Positions 38,961 to 49,539 of a stretch of 64,000 nt of DNA are shown piece after piece. The first letter of the stretch is position 1. Every line of letters starts with the position of its first letter. The notes beneath the pieces are model-generated. The model saw nothing but the letters and a program-made list of their open reading frames with translations. It did not search any database and was not told where the DNA came from. The translations under genes were made by a program, and so were the position numbers. This DNA comes from a bacterium (GTDB lineage Bacteria > Zhuqueibacterota > Zhuqueibacteria > Residuimicrobiales > Krinioviventaceae): positions 4,064,001 to 4,128,000 of the forward strand of contig OY843751.1 of NCBI GenBank assembly GCA_963693055.1, given 5' to 3'.

Positions 38961-40799
38961 TTATTTCAACAAGATCATGCGTTTTGTTTCCGCAAAAGCC
39001 CCACTGGTCAACGTATAATAATAGATCCCACTGGATAAATCTGATGCCTGCCACTGTATATCATGCCAGCCTCCGGCTATTTCATTGTCAATCAAAGATG
39101 CGACACGCCTGCCATTGGTATTAAAAATAACCAGCTTTACCCGCTCCTGACGAGGCAGGTAAAACCGGATTGTTGTTTGAGGATTAAAAGGATTGGGATA
39201 ATTCTGCGCCAACTGGTATTCCGTTGGCAACGCAATCTGTACTGTAATCTCGTCCGTAAATGTATAGCTTCCATCAAGATCGATCTGTTTTAATCGATAC
39301 TGATAAGCAGATACCTGTGTATTTGAATTCATCAATACATCCGTATATTCATATTGTGCATGTTCAGAGAGTGTATTTCCCCCGGAGACAAAATCCAATA
39401 CTTGCCACCCGTCGCCTATGCTTCTTTCGATCTCAAAGCCATAATTACGGCTTTCGCTATAGGTGTCCCATGTCAGGTGAACCGTATTTTCATCAGGAAG
39501 ATAGGTCCCTTCCAGAGTTCCAAATTCCACAGGTGTGGTGGTGTTGAGGTCCGCGTCTCTTACTAATCGAACAAAATTAAATATACGGATTACATCTCCC
39601 TGCGGTCCATGACCGTAAGGATAATCGTTTGGATCCCCGGATTTAAAATCACTGCGTTGTGCTCCTGCACCATGTACATCCTGCAGCAAATAATTCCCAG
39701 AGAAATCCTGCATCCAGCCCAATGCTTCACCAAAACAGACATAAACTGCTTTATCCGGAGATGGGCCATCATAATGCGTCGTAGATGCCCAATAAAAGGG
39801 ATAATTGGCACCACCGCCTTCATCTACAATGACCGGCACATTAAACAGTGGCGAAATAGCAGCCGAGTTGGTGTATGACAAGCTTCGTTCATAATCCACA
39901 ATACTTTGTAATTCTTTGGCGTTGGGCAGACGCCAGTCAGAGTGCCCCAGATAACTTTTACTGTTTTTCTTTTGGGCCCAGGCAAGCGCCTCTTTCCACA
40001 CCATACCCTCGCTGCTGCCTGCCTGGTCCCACATTAATCCCGTTGCAAGATCGGTTATAGTACCATCCTTGTTATCTAAAAAATCGTTGGTACCATAATC
40101 CAATCTGCCCCTTACCACCTTGACCTCAAAATCCTTGTTCACAGGATAGCCCTTAATCCTTCCGTCTACAAAATTAACGCCGAACATGGTCTCATTCCCA
40201 CCCATGGTGGTACCTTTATAAATTGTCAAAGTTGCATACTGTGCATCAATAATCCGTTCATCCTCAATCACCGTACCGCCAAACCGGAAATCAAAGGCAT
40301 CTGTGTCGATATAGGGAATACACTGATCTTCTGTCATCATGGTTTTACCGCTAAACAGGATCAGTGAATAGAGTTCCTTAATCGTGGGTAATCGCCAATC
40401 CGTATAACCTCCAAGTGTACAGGTATCGGCATAGGTTTGGCAAACACTTTGGGGATATTTGCCTTCCGGCAATCCTTTTTGCCACATCAGGCCAGTTATA
40501 TTGTCTGTGACGGTTCCATCGCCATTATCAGTATAAGAGGGCTGATTCCCATTATATTGTGCATCCTGACCATAAAAATCACTCCCGGATGATGGCGCGG
40601 ATATAGCTCCCGAGTTGTTGTAGCATACAGTCTGACCGGTATCTACAATGGGATAGGTGATTGCGCTTTGGGTTGTTGGGGATGTTGCAACCGAAGAATG
40701 TGCAGTGACCACATCCGGGTAAACCCGGGCAAATACACTCACTGCATAGCTCAGCAGCAGGACAGTAAAAAATGTGATGTAAGTGATGTTCCGCTTCAT
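38961..40799 (-). CDS. Secreted DUF1566 (Lcl C-terminal) domain protein with T9SS-type-A/FlgD-like CTD
   Basis: Two copies of DNxDGT(V/I)TDxxTGLMW...DWRLP(T/N)xKEL; IVDTGQTVCY; YRLKQIDLDG Ig domain; QNYPNPFNPQTTI CTD. Confidence 0.88.
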   Translation of the reverse strand: MKRNITYITFFTVLLLSYAVSVFARVYPDVVTAHSSVATSPTTQSAITYPIVDTGQTVCYNNSGAISAPSSGSDFYGQDAQYNGNQPSYTDNGDGTVTDNITGLMWQKGLPEGKYPQSVCQTYADTCTLGGYTDWRLPTIKELYSLILFSGKTMMTEDQCIPYIDTDAFDFRFGGTVIEDERIIDAQYATLTIYKGTTMGGNETMFGVNFVDGRIKGYPVNKDFEVKVVRGRLDYGTNDFLDNKDGTITDLATGLMWDQAGSSEGMVWKEALAWAQKKNSKSYLGHSDWRLPNAKELQSIVDYERSLSYTNSAAISPLFNVPVIVDEGGGANYPFYWASTTHYDGPSPDKAVYVCFGEALGWMQDFSGNYLLQDVHGAGAQRSDFKSGDPNDYPYGHGPQGDVIRIFNFVRLVRDADLNTTTPVEFGTLEGTYLPDENTVHLTWDTYSESRNYGFEIERSIGDGWQVLDFVSGGNTLSEHAQYEYTDVLMNSNTQVSAYQYRLKQIDLDGSYTFTDEITVQIALPTEYQLAQNYPNPFNPQTTIRFYLPRQERVKLVIFNTNGRRVASLIDNEIAGGWHDIQWQASDLSSGIYYYTLTSGAFAETKRMILLK

Positions 40800-40855
40800 G
40801 ATGTTCTCCTAACATGATGTGATGTTTTCATAATGTTCTCTCGTTCTAGTAATTC

Positions 40856-40882
40856 TGACGCTGCTTTTGAGAAAACCTTGCG
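40856..40882 (-). promoter_or_regulatory. Putative ECF sigma promoter CGCAAGGTTTT-N11-CGTCA upstream of the DUF1566 gene
   Basis: Identical boxes and identical spacing to 41997-42023. Confidence 0.7.
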
Positions 40883-40901
40883 GTTGGTTGTAAAAAAAAC
40901 A

Positions 40902-40948
40902 ACCTTGATTTAACCTTGATTACCTTGATTACCTTGATTACCTTGATT
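40902..40948 (+). repeat. Nonamer tandem repeat (ACCTTGATT)x5
   Basis: Direct count; the first unit is separated from the rest by 2 nt. Confidence 0.9.
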
Positions 40949-40982
40949 ATAGGATTGGAGGATAACATTTGGAAAGGAAAAT

Positions 40983-41026
40983 AAAAAAAATCCCCCGAAA
41001 GGATTTGAATTTACCTTTAGGAGGAT
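40983..41026 (-). terminator. Probable terminator downstream of the Spy/CpxP-like gene
   Basis: Imperfect stem atcc..aaagg / ccttt..ggat followed on the minus strand by a T8 run. Confidence 0.5.
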
Positions 41027-41094
41027 GGAAATGAAAGCACAACTATCAGCTTTAACGTTTTACATTTCACAGCTACCGTATCACAAAATAAAGC

Positions 41095-41625
41095 TCAAAA
41101 CCGAGGCGGTCGTTGTCCTGCTGCAGGTGGTGCCGGTCTGCCACCTTCCTGCCCCTGTGGCGGATGCATCTGGAAAAATTCGCCCACCAGTTGTCGCAAT
41201 TTGTCAACCTGGTTTGCTTCGCAAAATGTTTTTAATTCCTGAAAATGAGCAAAGGTTAAACGTTCCATTTCAGTCTGCTTGTCACCAATTTGTTCAGATA
41301 ACATTTTAACCAGGGCACTGTCAACCGTATCTTCAAAAACCAAATCCATTAGTTGTTTTTTTAGAGTGCGTATCTCTACATTAATGTTTTGTGCTTTTCT
41401 TGCATGCTGCTGACGAATTCGGTCGAGCTGCTGCATCTGCTGATCAGACAATCCCAATTCGCTTTGCAAAAACCGGGATGTACGCTGTGCGGGTGGTCCC
41501 AGTGGCAAACCCGCAACCGGTTTATTTTTCTGCATATCCCAAATGATATACAGTGTAAATGCGTTCAAAATTACAAGCAGAACAATGACCAGCATGGGCA
41601 TTTTTTGTTTTAAAAAGATATTCAT
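41095..41625 (-). CDS. Spy/CpxP-like periplasmic protein (heavy-metal sensor/LTXXQ family)
   Basis: N-terminal TM ending in LNAFTL; ELGLSDQQMQQL helical motif; HFQELKTFCEANQ; Pro/Gly-rich tail. Confidence 0.75.
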   Translation of the reverse strand: MNIFLKQKMPMLVIVLLVILNAFTLYIIWDMQKNKPVAGLPLGPPAQRTSRFLQSELGLSDQQMQQLDRIRQQHARKAQNINVEIRTLKKQLMDLVFEDTVDSALVKMLSEQIGDKQTEMERLTFAHFQELKTFCEANQVDKLRQLVGEFFQMHPPQGQEGGRPAPPAAGQRPPRF

Positions 41626-41637
41626 GGTTTGCCTCTG

Positions 41638-41973
41638 TTAATTCTCAAAAATAAACAGGTTATTAGAAGTGCTGTTCAATGAAAACGTTTTGGCAAATTC
41701 AATTACCATCTGTTCACGCGATACCTCTTGAACGGTTTCAGGGCTGGCAAAATAACTACTAATGGTAAAAATATTGATTGCCGCAATTAAAACCAGTAAA
41801 GCGGGTTTTAAAATCGGCCATATCGTTTGCAGCCCAAACCTTTTATGACCAGGATTATCAATCTCTGCTTTGACCCGGTTGTAAAACCAGGCATCACCCT
41901 CTAGTCTTTCTGATTTCTCAAAACAAGACAGAGTTTTCTCTATTTCCTGCTCTATTTTTTCTTTTTTCTTCAT
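41638..41973 (-). CDS. Putative single-pass anti-sigma factor
   Basis: DAWFYNRVKAEI motif followed by one TM helix; directly downstream of an ECF sigma gene. Confidence 0.65.
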   Translation of the reverse strand: MKKKEKIEQEIEKTLSCFEKSERLEGDAWFYNRVKAEIDNPGHKRFGLQTIWPILKPALLVLIAAINIFTISSYFASPETVQEVSREQMVIEFAKTFSLNSTSNNLFIFEN

Positions 41974-41996
41974 TACAATACTCTCTCTGATATATT

Positions 41997-42023
41997 TGAC
42001 GTTGATAGTTTTAAAACCTTGCG
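41997..42023 (-). promoter_or_regulatory. Putative ECF sigma promoter CGCAAGGTTTT-N11-CGTCA upstream of the anti-sigma/Spy genes
   Basis: Begins 5 nt downstream of the sigma stop codon; matches 40856-40882. Confidence 0.7.
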
Positions 42024-42027
42024 CTGA

Positions 42028-42600
42028 CTAAATATTTTTTTCAAAATAATTGTATAATTTTTTATGTAAATTCTTTCTGGCGCGATGCAGTAACGACTCG
42101 ACAGAGGATACGGACGCATCCAATATATCCGCAATCTCTTTATTGCTGAATCCTTCATACTTGCTCAAAGTAATAGCGGTTTTCTGATTTTCCGGTAAAG
42201 AGTCTATTGCCGCATTCAGGATATCCGTACGCTCCTTTATTTCCAAATCTAGCAGCGGATCACTCTCACTTTTGATGTAAACGGGTTCAGCATCCTCCCC
42301 TTCTCCAAAAATCGATAAAACATAGCCAAACCGTTTTTTTCGTTTCTTTTTTCGCAGCAGATCCAGCGATTTATTGACCGCGATTCTATAAATCCAGGTG
42401 GAAAGCTGGGCATCACTTCTAAAGGAATGTACAGACCGGTACACCTCAACAAACACTTCCTGAGCGGTATCCTGCGCATCAAGATGATTGTGTAAAAAAT
42501 GAAAACAGGTGTTCAATACCTTATCTTTATACATCTCAACACAGGTTTGGAAAGCTCCTTCATTGCCTGCCTTTAATTTTTTGACCAGTTCGTTTTCCAC
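42028..42600 (-). CDS. ECF RNA polymerase sigma-70 factor (SigW/RpoE-like)
   Basis: DAQDTAQEVF, FRSDAQLSTWIYRIAVNKSLD, LPENQKTAITLSKYEGFSNKEIADILDASVSSVESLLHRAR. Confidence 0.93.
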   Translation of the reverse strand: MENELVKKLKAGNEGAFQTCVEMYKDKVLNTCFHFLHNHLDAQDTAQEVFVEVYRSVHSFRSDAQLSTWIYRIAVNKSLDLLRKKKRKKRFGYVLSIFGEGEDAEPVYIKSESDPLLDLEIKERTDILNAAIDSLPENQKTAITLSKYEGFSNKEIADILDASVSSVESLLHRARKNLHKKLYNYFEKNI

Positions 42601-42793
42601 TCGGATCCTGAATTAATAAATAATTTACAATATACTCAATTCAAGCCCATTAATGCAACCCATGAAATGCATCAATCCATTTAAACTATATATTCAATGT
42701 ATCGAAATCAACTCGCTATTGATATTGTTTTTAAATTTCAATAAATTACCAAATCCACCAAATTAACATAAAATGAACAGGAGAAATGCTTTA

Positions 42794-44938
42794 ATGAAAA
42801 GAAAACGAATTGTTGTATTCGGTTTATTGATTCTAGGGCTCGTTTTCAATCAGTCCTACTCGCAGGATGCACTAAAAAAGTATACAGCAGAAGATACCGT
42901 ATATGTTTCCGCAGATAAAGATCCCAGAATTGCAGAATTTAACAGCATTGCTATTAAAATGCCGCTAACCATGCAAAGAACGCCGGCAACAGTACAGGCA
43001 ATTACTCAATCCACGCTTGAAGATCAAAACAGCATGGTGCTATCGGACGCCATGGAAAACATTAGCGGTGTAAATCCCCAGAGTGGTTATGGAACACATG
43101 ATTATTTTATGGTCCGTGGTTTCGATACACTTGAAAACGGATTAATGCTGACTGACGGCACCATAGAACCTGAAGCCATCATCCACAACATGTACAACAT
43201 TGAACGCGTTGAAGTGTTAAAAGGGCCGGGAGCCTTTTTGTACGGTGGTAATCCTCTTTCAGGGACCATCAATCTGGTACGTAAAATGGCACAATATCAG
43301 AACTTTGCCAATGCCACTGTATCCGGTGGAAGTTTCAATACCATGCGTGGTGTTGCGGATGTTAACGTGAGCAATAATGAAAATCTGGCATTCCGATTTA
43401 ATGGTGTTTATCAACAATCAGACATGTACCGTGATGATAAAGAAAGCACAGTATACGGCATTAATCCCGCGTTCTCGTGGAAACCCGCACTGCAAAGCCG
43501 GTTGGATGTCAATTACGAATATCTGAACAGCCAGTACAGTCCTGATGCCGGTCTTCCTGTCAGTTATACCCCAGACGGTACCATGAATCCACTCAACGGA
43601 TTAGATAAAATTGCGGATGTACCACGCGACCGTTCATATCAAACCCCCTTTGATGAATCGGAACAGATAATGCAGCGACTCAAAATACATTACACCCATA
43701 CCTTTAATAATCATGTAAAATTGAGCAACCGTTTTTTCTATACCGATCTGAAATGGGACTCCCAGGGAACAATGCTGTCCGGTGCATATCCTACAGGTTA
43801 TATGACAACCATGGTTCTCCGAAGCATGCAAAAATTAAATGACCACCAGAAAATCACCGGCAACCAGTTTGAACTGACATTCAGCAAAGAATTTGGCAAA
43901 ACACAGTACCAGTTGCTCACTGGCATAGAGGCACACCATTTCACTGATGTGTATACCATTGATGTAAACGCCTACCTGCCACCTTTAGACTTGAACAACC
44001 CCGTTGAAACCTTTAACGGAGACATGTCTACCGCGTATCGGTACCAGCAGGGTGACGCGGTAACCAATACATTTGCACCATACATCATGAATATATTGAC
44101 CCTGCCTCAGGGTATCAATTTCATGGCAGGTGGACGTTTAGATCATGCCACATATACAGACGATCTCAACAATGCGGACAAGACCTACAAACAGTTCAGT
44201 CCCATGGTTGGTGCAGGTTATAGTTTGCTCAAAAACACTTATCTCTATGCCAATGCGGGGCAGGCATTTTCAACACCATCCGTACGCCTGATCGGCTCAC
44301 TTGATCCGGAAGAGAGCTTTCAGGTAGAAGCGGGTATTAAACAGAGTTTTCTAAAAGGAAAGATCAAATCTTCTCTTGCGGTTTATTCGCTCAAGAAAAA
44401 AAACATGGCTATTCCTGACCAAACCCGCCTAATCAAACAAACCGGTACACAAAAATCACAAGGAGTTGAATTGGAGGTTACCGCACAAATGACCAAACAT
44501 TGTGCAAGCATTTTCTCCTATGCCTATACTGACGCCAAAATGACCGAGTTCTCTAAAATGGAAACCATAGGACAGGATGACTGGGGAATGCCAATAGAGA
44601 TGAATGTCGATTATACAGACAACCAGGCCAAATTTGCTCCCAAACATATCGTCAATTTCTGGCATTGGCGTGAAATCGGTAAACATGTTGAAATCGGTTT
44701 TGGTGCACGTTATGTGAGCGAACAATACATCTATTATAACAACGTTTTGAAACTTGATTCTTACTATACGTTGAATGCAATGGCAAGCTATTCGTTCAAG
44801 AACCTAAAATGGTTCATCAATGCTAAAAACATAACCGATAGCGAATACGAGTTGAGCGGATTCGATGGTTATTCGGTTATTCCGGCTGCACCTTTTGCAA
44901 TTTATAGCGGCATACGCTTTAATTTGGATTCTTTATAA
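42794..44938 (+). CDS. TonB-dependent receptor (siderophore/metal-type)
   Basis: Signal peptide; TonB-box-like DTVYVSA; plug motifs FMVRGF and NIERVEVLKGPGAFLYG..SGTINLV; barrel motifs LDPEESFQVEAGIK and NAKNITD. Confidence 0.92.
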   Translation: MKRKRIVVFGLLILGLVFNQSYSQDALKKYTAEDTVYVSADKDPRIAEFNSIAIKMPLTMQRTPATVQAITQSTLEDQNSMVLSDAMENISGVNPQSGYGTHDYFMVRGFDTLENGLMLTDGTIEPEAIIHNMYNIERVEVLKGPGAFLYGGNPLSGTINLVRKMAQYQNFANATVSGGSFNTMRGVADVNVSNNENLAFRFNGVYQQSDMYRDDKESTVYGINPAFSWKPALQSRLDVNYEYLNSQYSPDAGLPVSYTPDGTMNPLNGLDKIADVPRDRSYQTPFDESEQIMQRLKIHYTHTFNNHVKLSNRFFYTDLKWDSQGTMLSGAYPTGYMTTMVLRSMQKLNDHQKITGNQFELTFSKEFGKTQYQLLTGIEAHHFTDVYTIDVNAYLPPLDLNNPVETFNGDMSTAYRYQQGDAVTNTFAPYIMNILTLPQGINFMAGGRLDHATYTDDLNNADKTYKQFSPMVGAGYSLLKNTYLYANAGQAFSTPSVRLIGSLDPEESFQVEAGIKQSFLKGKIKSSLAVYSLKKKNMAIPDQTRLIKQTGTQKSQGVELEVTAQMTKHCASIFSYAYTDAKMTEFSKMETIGQDDWGMPIEMNVDYTDNQAKFAPKHIVNFWHWREIGKHVEIGFGARYVSEQYIYYNNVLKLDSYYTLNAMASYSFKNLKWFINAKNITDSEYELSGFDGYSVIPAAPFAIYSGIRFNLDSL

Positions 44939-44968
44939 AAAAAAGGGAGCGAATGCTCCCCTTTTTTT
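44939..44968. terminator. Rho-independent terminator after the TonB receptor
   Basis: A-run, gggagc-gaat-gctccc stem-loop, T7 run. Confidence 0.85.
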
Positions 44969-45443
44969 ATTCAATAATTATTGCCGGGGGTGACTGGCCC
45001 CTGGCAAATTCTTTATCCTTGATACAAAATACAGCATATGGATTAGTGCCCTTTTTTGCTCCATTGCCCACATACCTTTTTATAAATCATAAAAAATCAA
45101 TCTCATGTAAACATTTTGAGAATTAAATTGTCTAATATTATATAAAACTTGTAACCTTGTTAAACATGTAAAGTTTTTAATATAAAGTATCTATTACTTT
45201 GAATATTTTTTATATTAAGGTTTATCAATATCAAGAACACCTTTATCACAGTCGACAATTTTTAACAAAATAAAAAATATTTTACCAGATATTGGAACGA
45301 ATTAACAGGAAATGTGGTTATATATAATAATCCACTCGAAGCAACATTTCTGTCACGGGCCGATATATTTAAATAGCTGAAAATTTAAGCATTGATTTAT
45401 TTTAATAGCAATGAGCCGTTTGCTATTTCAGCCGGAGAAGTCC

Positions 45444-45626
45444 ATGAAACCCATTACTCGCCAACAGGCGGAGAAACTGTTTGATCAGGCACAGGTCAAA
45501 ACCCACAAAATTGAGCAAAGCAAAAAAGAACTAACTATTTGTATAGCACTGGACAATGACAGATCCATATTTGTGGTATATGATAATAAGGAACATGAAG
45601 AAAAATATTTCTTCAAGGGGAACTAG
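45444..45626 (+). CDS. Small hypothetical protein (60 aa; probable start ATG 45444)
   Basis: GGAG RBS at 45434-45437; reads MKPITRQQAEKLFDQAQVKTHKIEQSKKELTICIALDNDRSIFVVYD...; followed by a terminator hairpin. Confidence 0.6.
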   Translation: MKPITRQQAEKLFDQAQVKTHKIEQSKKELTICIALDNDRSIFVVYDNKEHEEKYFFKGN

Positions 45627-45647
45627 AAAAATTCTACGAGAATGATA

Positions 45648-45678
45648 TAACCATTCGGGCACAATACCCGAATGGTTA
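45648..45678. terminator. Bidirectional hairpin between convergent genes
   Basis: Perfect 12-bp stem taaccattcggg / cccgaatggtta. Confidence 0.75.
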
Positions 45679-45684
45679 CAAGGT

Positions 45685-48108
45685 TTATGATACATTTTTA
45701 TATTTACTTACCTGGGTCAATTTAAATGAAGATACCAGCGCCTCAAGCTCACTGGCCTGACTTGCAAGTTCTTCGGAAGAGGTTGCAGATTCTTCTGAAC
45801 TGGCCGAATTCTGCTGGGTTACCAGATTCACTTCTTCTACCATTCCACTCAGCTCTTTAATACCCTCACGCTGCCGCTCAAAGATACCAACAACATTTGT
45901 TAAAACATCTGAAAGCTTGTTGATATGATCGTCCATCATATCAAAGTTGTCAGAAACCGTACTGTTCATTTTTACAACGTCTTCAGCCTTATTTATCACA
46001 TCGGCAATCATATCAGCCGTAGACCCCGCGGCGTCAGCGCTTCGCATGGCAAGGTTGCGCACTTCTTCCGCAACCACGGCAAATCCTTTACCGCTTTCTC
46101 CTGCTCTTGCAGCTTCTACCGCTGCATTCAGCGCAAGCAGATTGGTTTGAAAGGCTATTTCATCAATGGTATTGATAATTTTTGAAGTCTTGTCTGAAGA
46201 GTCTTTGATATCTTTAACGGATCTGGAGAGCATCTTCATATTATCCAGCCCCATTTGCACATTACTGTTACATGTAGAGATCATATTATTAGATGCCTGA
46301 ATTGTAGTTACATTCTGATTAATCAGATCTGCCATGGCTAATAAATTACTGCTCATGTTCTCTATGGATGCTGCCTGTTCTGCTGCTCCATTGGCCAGAT
46401 TTTGACTTCCCATACTAATATGATCTGATGCATTTGCAACCTGCATAGTGGAAGCAGCAACCTGGGTAAAGCCCTGCTCCAGATTTAACAAGGTAGTATT
46501 TAAAGCATTTTTGATCCGGGCATGGTCTCCAACATAATCCCCATGCATTCGTGGAGTCAGGTCTTTGTTTGCCAGCAAATCAAGTACACCTATTGCTTCT
46601 TCAATGGGTGTTAGTATATTTTGTATTGCATCGTTAAAACTGTTTATTAAATCCAGATATACACCCTGGGTATCATCTGAACTGGCTCGAGATTTCAGAT
46701 CACCGGTTTTGATGGAATCAGCAACCTGTTTAACCTGTTCCAAAGCCCGCTGTGAATTTCTGATTTCTGATTGAATTTTATCATTACTGCTTTTCAGATT
46801 ATCAACCATGGTTCTGTATGCATTGGCCAATGTTCCAATTTCATCATTTTGATAAATATCAATTTCCTGGTCCAGATCGCCCTGAGCAATTCGCTCAGAA
46901 ATCCGGGTCAATCGAATAACAGGTGCGGTCAATCTGTTACCGGCAATTAATGAGATGGCTACCCCGGCAAGTAATAGCACCAGACCAACCCCCGCAAAGG
47001 TGTATAAAAGCTGATTTAAAGAACCATGAACAACCTGTTGTGTCTCTAGAAAATCATCCTCATAAACACTGGCACCAATTACCCAATCCCATGGCTCAAA
47101 ATAAGCAAGGGCCGCAATTTTTTTACGTGCTGTATTTTCATTTATATTTTTCCAATAGTATTCCTGAAAAGCGATCTGCTTTTTATCTAATGCAAGTGCA
47201 GTGCTGATCATATTTTTGACAAAATAACTTCCATCTGCATCCTTTGCGTTGTATATATTCTCACCATCGCGAGTACCTCCGTAAGAGATAATATAGTTTC
47301 CTTTATTCATACCACTGCCTTCTAAAGCAAAGACATAACCGGTCTTGCCGACAGTAATATCCATAATCCCTTTGCGAAGATTTTCAACAGCATCTTGCTT
47401 AACCCCTACATATAACAGACCTATAATTTCTCCGCTGCTATTTTTAACGGGTTTGTAAACAGTAAGATACCAGGCATTTACAACAAAAGCGCGTCCATGA
47501 AAAGTTTCGCCACGCATTACAGTAGATATCACAGGATTAGCAGAACCATCCGGATTAACTGCCGGGATATAGGTACCAATAGCACGGGTTCCATCTTTTT
47601 TCTCAACATTGGTGCAAATTCTCAGCATATCACCGCTGCTGTTCATTCTTTGAAAAATAGTACATGTGCCCCCAACCAGGTCTTTAACTTTATCAACCAG
47701 GGGAGATTCGGTTGTCATCTCGTAATTTTTTCCCAGCCACTTTTCACCAATTTCAAATTGAGGCAGTTCTACTTTTAATGACTTGCCGGTATACTGGTTT
47801 ATTGCATTCCAGCTTGTGGTTTTGGTATTGTTCTCCCTCAACTTGCCCATGGATTGCAATTGAAATTCTGCAACATTTAGATTTTTGGTTAATTGATCTT
47901 TGATAATTTCATGCGATGTTTGACAATAGTTGTAAACATCTTTAGTGACTTGGGCAATATTTTGTTCTTTAAGCAAATCCAATTGACTCATAATTACAGA
48001 ATCCACGTCGTGTTGCTTTTCAAATGTTAACAAAAAAAGAACCAGTATAGTACCGAAAATTGAAATTACAGGTAAAGCTATAATCTTTTGTTTGATGGAT
48101 AATTGCAT
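45685..48108 (-). CDS. Methyl-accepting chemotaxis protein with Cache_3-Cache_2 sensor and HAMP domains
   Basis: Two TM helices; [32 protein letters not shown] Cache motif; HAMP (DEIGTLA); signalling hairpin [40 protein letters not shown]. Confidence 0.95.
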   Translation of the reverse strand: MQLSIKQKIIALPVISIFGTILVLFLLTFEKQHDVDSVIMSQLDLLKEQNIAQVTKDVYNYCQTSHEIIKDQLTKNLNVAEFQLQSMGKLRENNTKTTSWNAINQYTGKSLKVELPQFEIGEKWLGKNYEMTTESPLVDKVKDLVGGTCTIFQRMNSSGDMLRICTNVEKKDGTRAIGTYIPAVNPDGSANPVISTVMRGETFHGRAFVVNAWYLTVYKPVKNSSGEIIGLLYVGVKQDAVENLRKGIMDITVGKTGYVFALEGSGMNKGNYIISYGGTRDGENIYNAKDADGSYFVKNMISTALALDKKQIAFQEYYWKNINENTARKKIAALAYFEPWDWVIGASVYEDDFLETQQVVHGSLNQLLYTFAGVGLVLLLAGVAISLIAGNRLTAPVIRLTRISERIAQGDLDQEIDIYQNDEIGTLANAYRTMVDNLKSSNDKIQSEIRNSQRALEQVKQVADSIKTGDLKSRASSDDTQGVYLDLINSFNDAIQNILTPIEEAIGVLDLLANKDLTPRMHGDYVGDHARIKNALNTTLLNLEQGFTQVAASTMQVANASDHISMGSQNLANGAAEQAASIENMSSNLLAMADLINQNVTTIQASNNMISTCNSNVQMGLDNMKMLSRSVKDIKDSSDKTSKIINTIDEIAFQTNLLALNAAVEAARAGESGKGFAVVAEEVRNLAMRSADAAGSTADMIADVINKAEDVVKMNSTVSDNFDMMDDHINKLSDVLTNVVGIFERQREGIKELSGMVEEVNLVTQQNSASSEESATSSEELASQASELEALVSSFKLTQVSKYKNVS

Positions 48109-48660
48109 AATCTACTCCTTGTCTGCAATATTCACACTATCATTTCACTGTTTTATTATGAATATCCAACCCCCTATAAATAATTTTTTACACAAATTTC
48201 AACTGGATTGACGGGAATCCCCTATTTAATATATGCAAATTATAATCAGGAATTAAATCTGCATATAAACAAAATAGTGGATTTGAATCTAGTTCAATTA
48301 CAATTCAGTATCTACAAAAACCGAACCAAACCCCAAAACATCCACAATCGGGCAATTAAAATAATTTATTGTTTTTATATAACTTACAATATTAACATAA
48401 AATTAATATATTCAAAGTTTTAAAAAAATCGGTAAAACTAGTTCAAAAAGAAAAATTTGGGGAAAGCAGGAAAAAACTACTCGAGTAAGTAGAAATTTAA
48501 AATCCAATTATTTCTACAGGTATGCAATCATTTTGTAGTTTAAGATATATAAAAAAATAGGTGACTCTGGCTATCTGACATATTGCCCAAAACCCGCAGG
48601 ATTATTATATTATATATCTGTGTTAATACTGACAAGAAAGAATAAAAAACTGAGGAATTT

Positions 48661-49494
48661 ATGAGTATTCAATCCATATCAGACAAAACGACACTGAACA
48701 ATGGCGTACAAATGCCCTGGCTTGGGCTGGGGGTTTTCGAGTCCCGCGAAGGCGGCGAGATTGAAAACGCCATACATACGGCTTTTGAACAGGGTTACCG
48801 CAGCATTGATACTGCATCTTTTTATTATAATGAACGAGGGGTTGGTAAAGCAATCCAGGAAAGCAATGTACCCCGTAAAGAAATATTTGTAACCACAAAA
48901 ATCTGGAATGATGATGTTCGCGCCGGTCGCACAAAGCAGGCATTTGAAATAAGCCTTGAAAAGCTGGGACTCGATTACATTGATCTATATCTCATCCATT
49001 GGCCGGTGGGTGGACATTTTGTTCAAGCCTGGAAAGATTTGGAAGAGATTTATCAATCAGGCCTGGTCAAAGCCATTGGAGTCAGTAACTTTATGGTCCA
49101 TCATTTACAGGAGCTGATGGATAGCAGCGAAATCATCCCCACAGTAAACCAGGTTGAATTTCATCCACGGTTGGTGCAGCCCAAACTGCGACAATTCTGC
49201 AAAGAAAACAAAATCCAGTTTGAAGCCTGGAGCCCCCTTATGCGAGGAGAGATCTTTAGCATACCACAAATCAACGATCTGGCAAAAAAATATAATAAAA
49301 CCGAAGCGCAAATTGTTCTGCGCTGGGATTTGCAGCACGAGGTTGTTACTATTCCCAAATCTGCCAAACCGGAACGTATTATTGCAAATGCACAAATTTT
49401 TGATTTTGAATTGAAACCGGAAGAAATGGACCTGCTGGATGGACTTGACAATGCAACCCGAACCGGTCCGGATCCCAATAATTTCAACTTTTAA
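48661..49494 (+). CDS. Aldo/keto reductase (glyoxal reductase / 2,5-diketogluconate reductase-like)
   Basis: LNNGVQMPWLGLG, GYRSIDTASFY, LDYIDLYLIHWP, AIGVSNF, IPKS. Confidence 0.95.
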   Translation: MSIQSISDKTTLNNGVQMPWLGLGVFESREGGEIENAIHTAFEQGYRSIDTASFYYNERGVGKAIQESNVPRKEIFVTTKIWNDDVRAGRTKQAFEISLEKLGLDYIDLYLIHWPVGGHFVQAWKDLEEIYQSGLVKAIGVSNFMVHHLQELMDSSEIIPTVNQVEFHPRLVQPKLRQFCKENKIQFEAWSPLMRGEIFSIPQINDLAKKYNKTEAQIVLRWDLQHEVVTIPKSAKPERIIANAQIFDFELKPEEMDLLDGLDNATRTGPDPNNFNF

Positions 49495-49500
49495 TAAAGA

Positions 49501-49532
49501 TTCCTCCGGTCCCCCCTATATTACCGGAGGAA
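49501..49532. terminator. Hairpin between convergent genes
   Basis: Perfect 10-bp stem ttcctccggt / accggaggaa. Confidence 0.7.
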
Positions 49533-49539
49533 CAAATTC

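Noticed and set aside
45231-45366. Sigma-28- or sigma-54-like promoters near the small ORF (TCAA-N16-GTCGACAA, GCCGATAT, TGGAACG)
   Set aside because: Each matches only partly (mismatched or missing partner box) in AT-rich DNA, which is not enough to call.
48540-48600. c-di-GMP-I riboswitch upstream of the MCP (gatagccagagtcacc on the minus strand)
   Set aside because: The GGCAAA/GNRA tetraloop and GACGCAAA core elements are absent.
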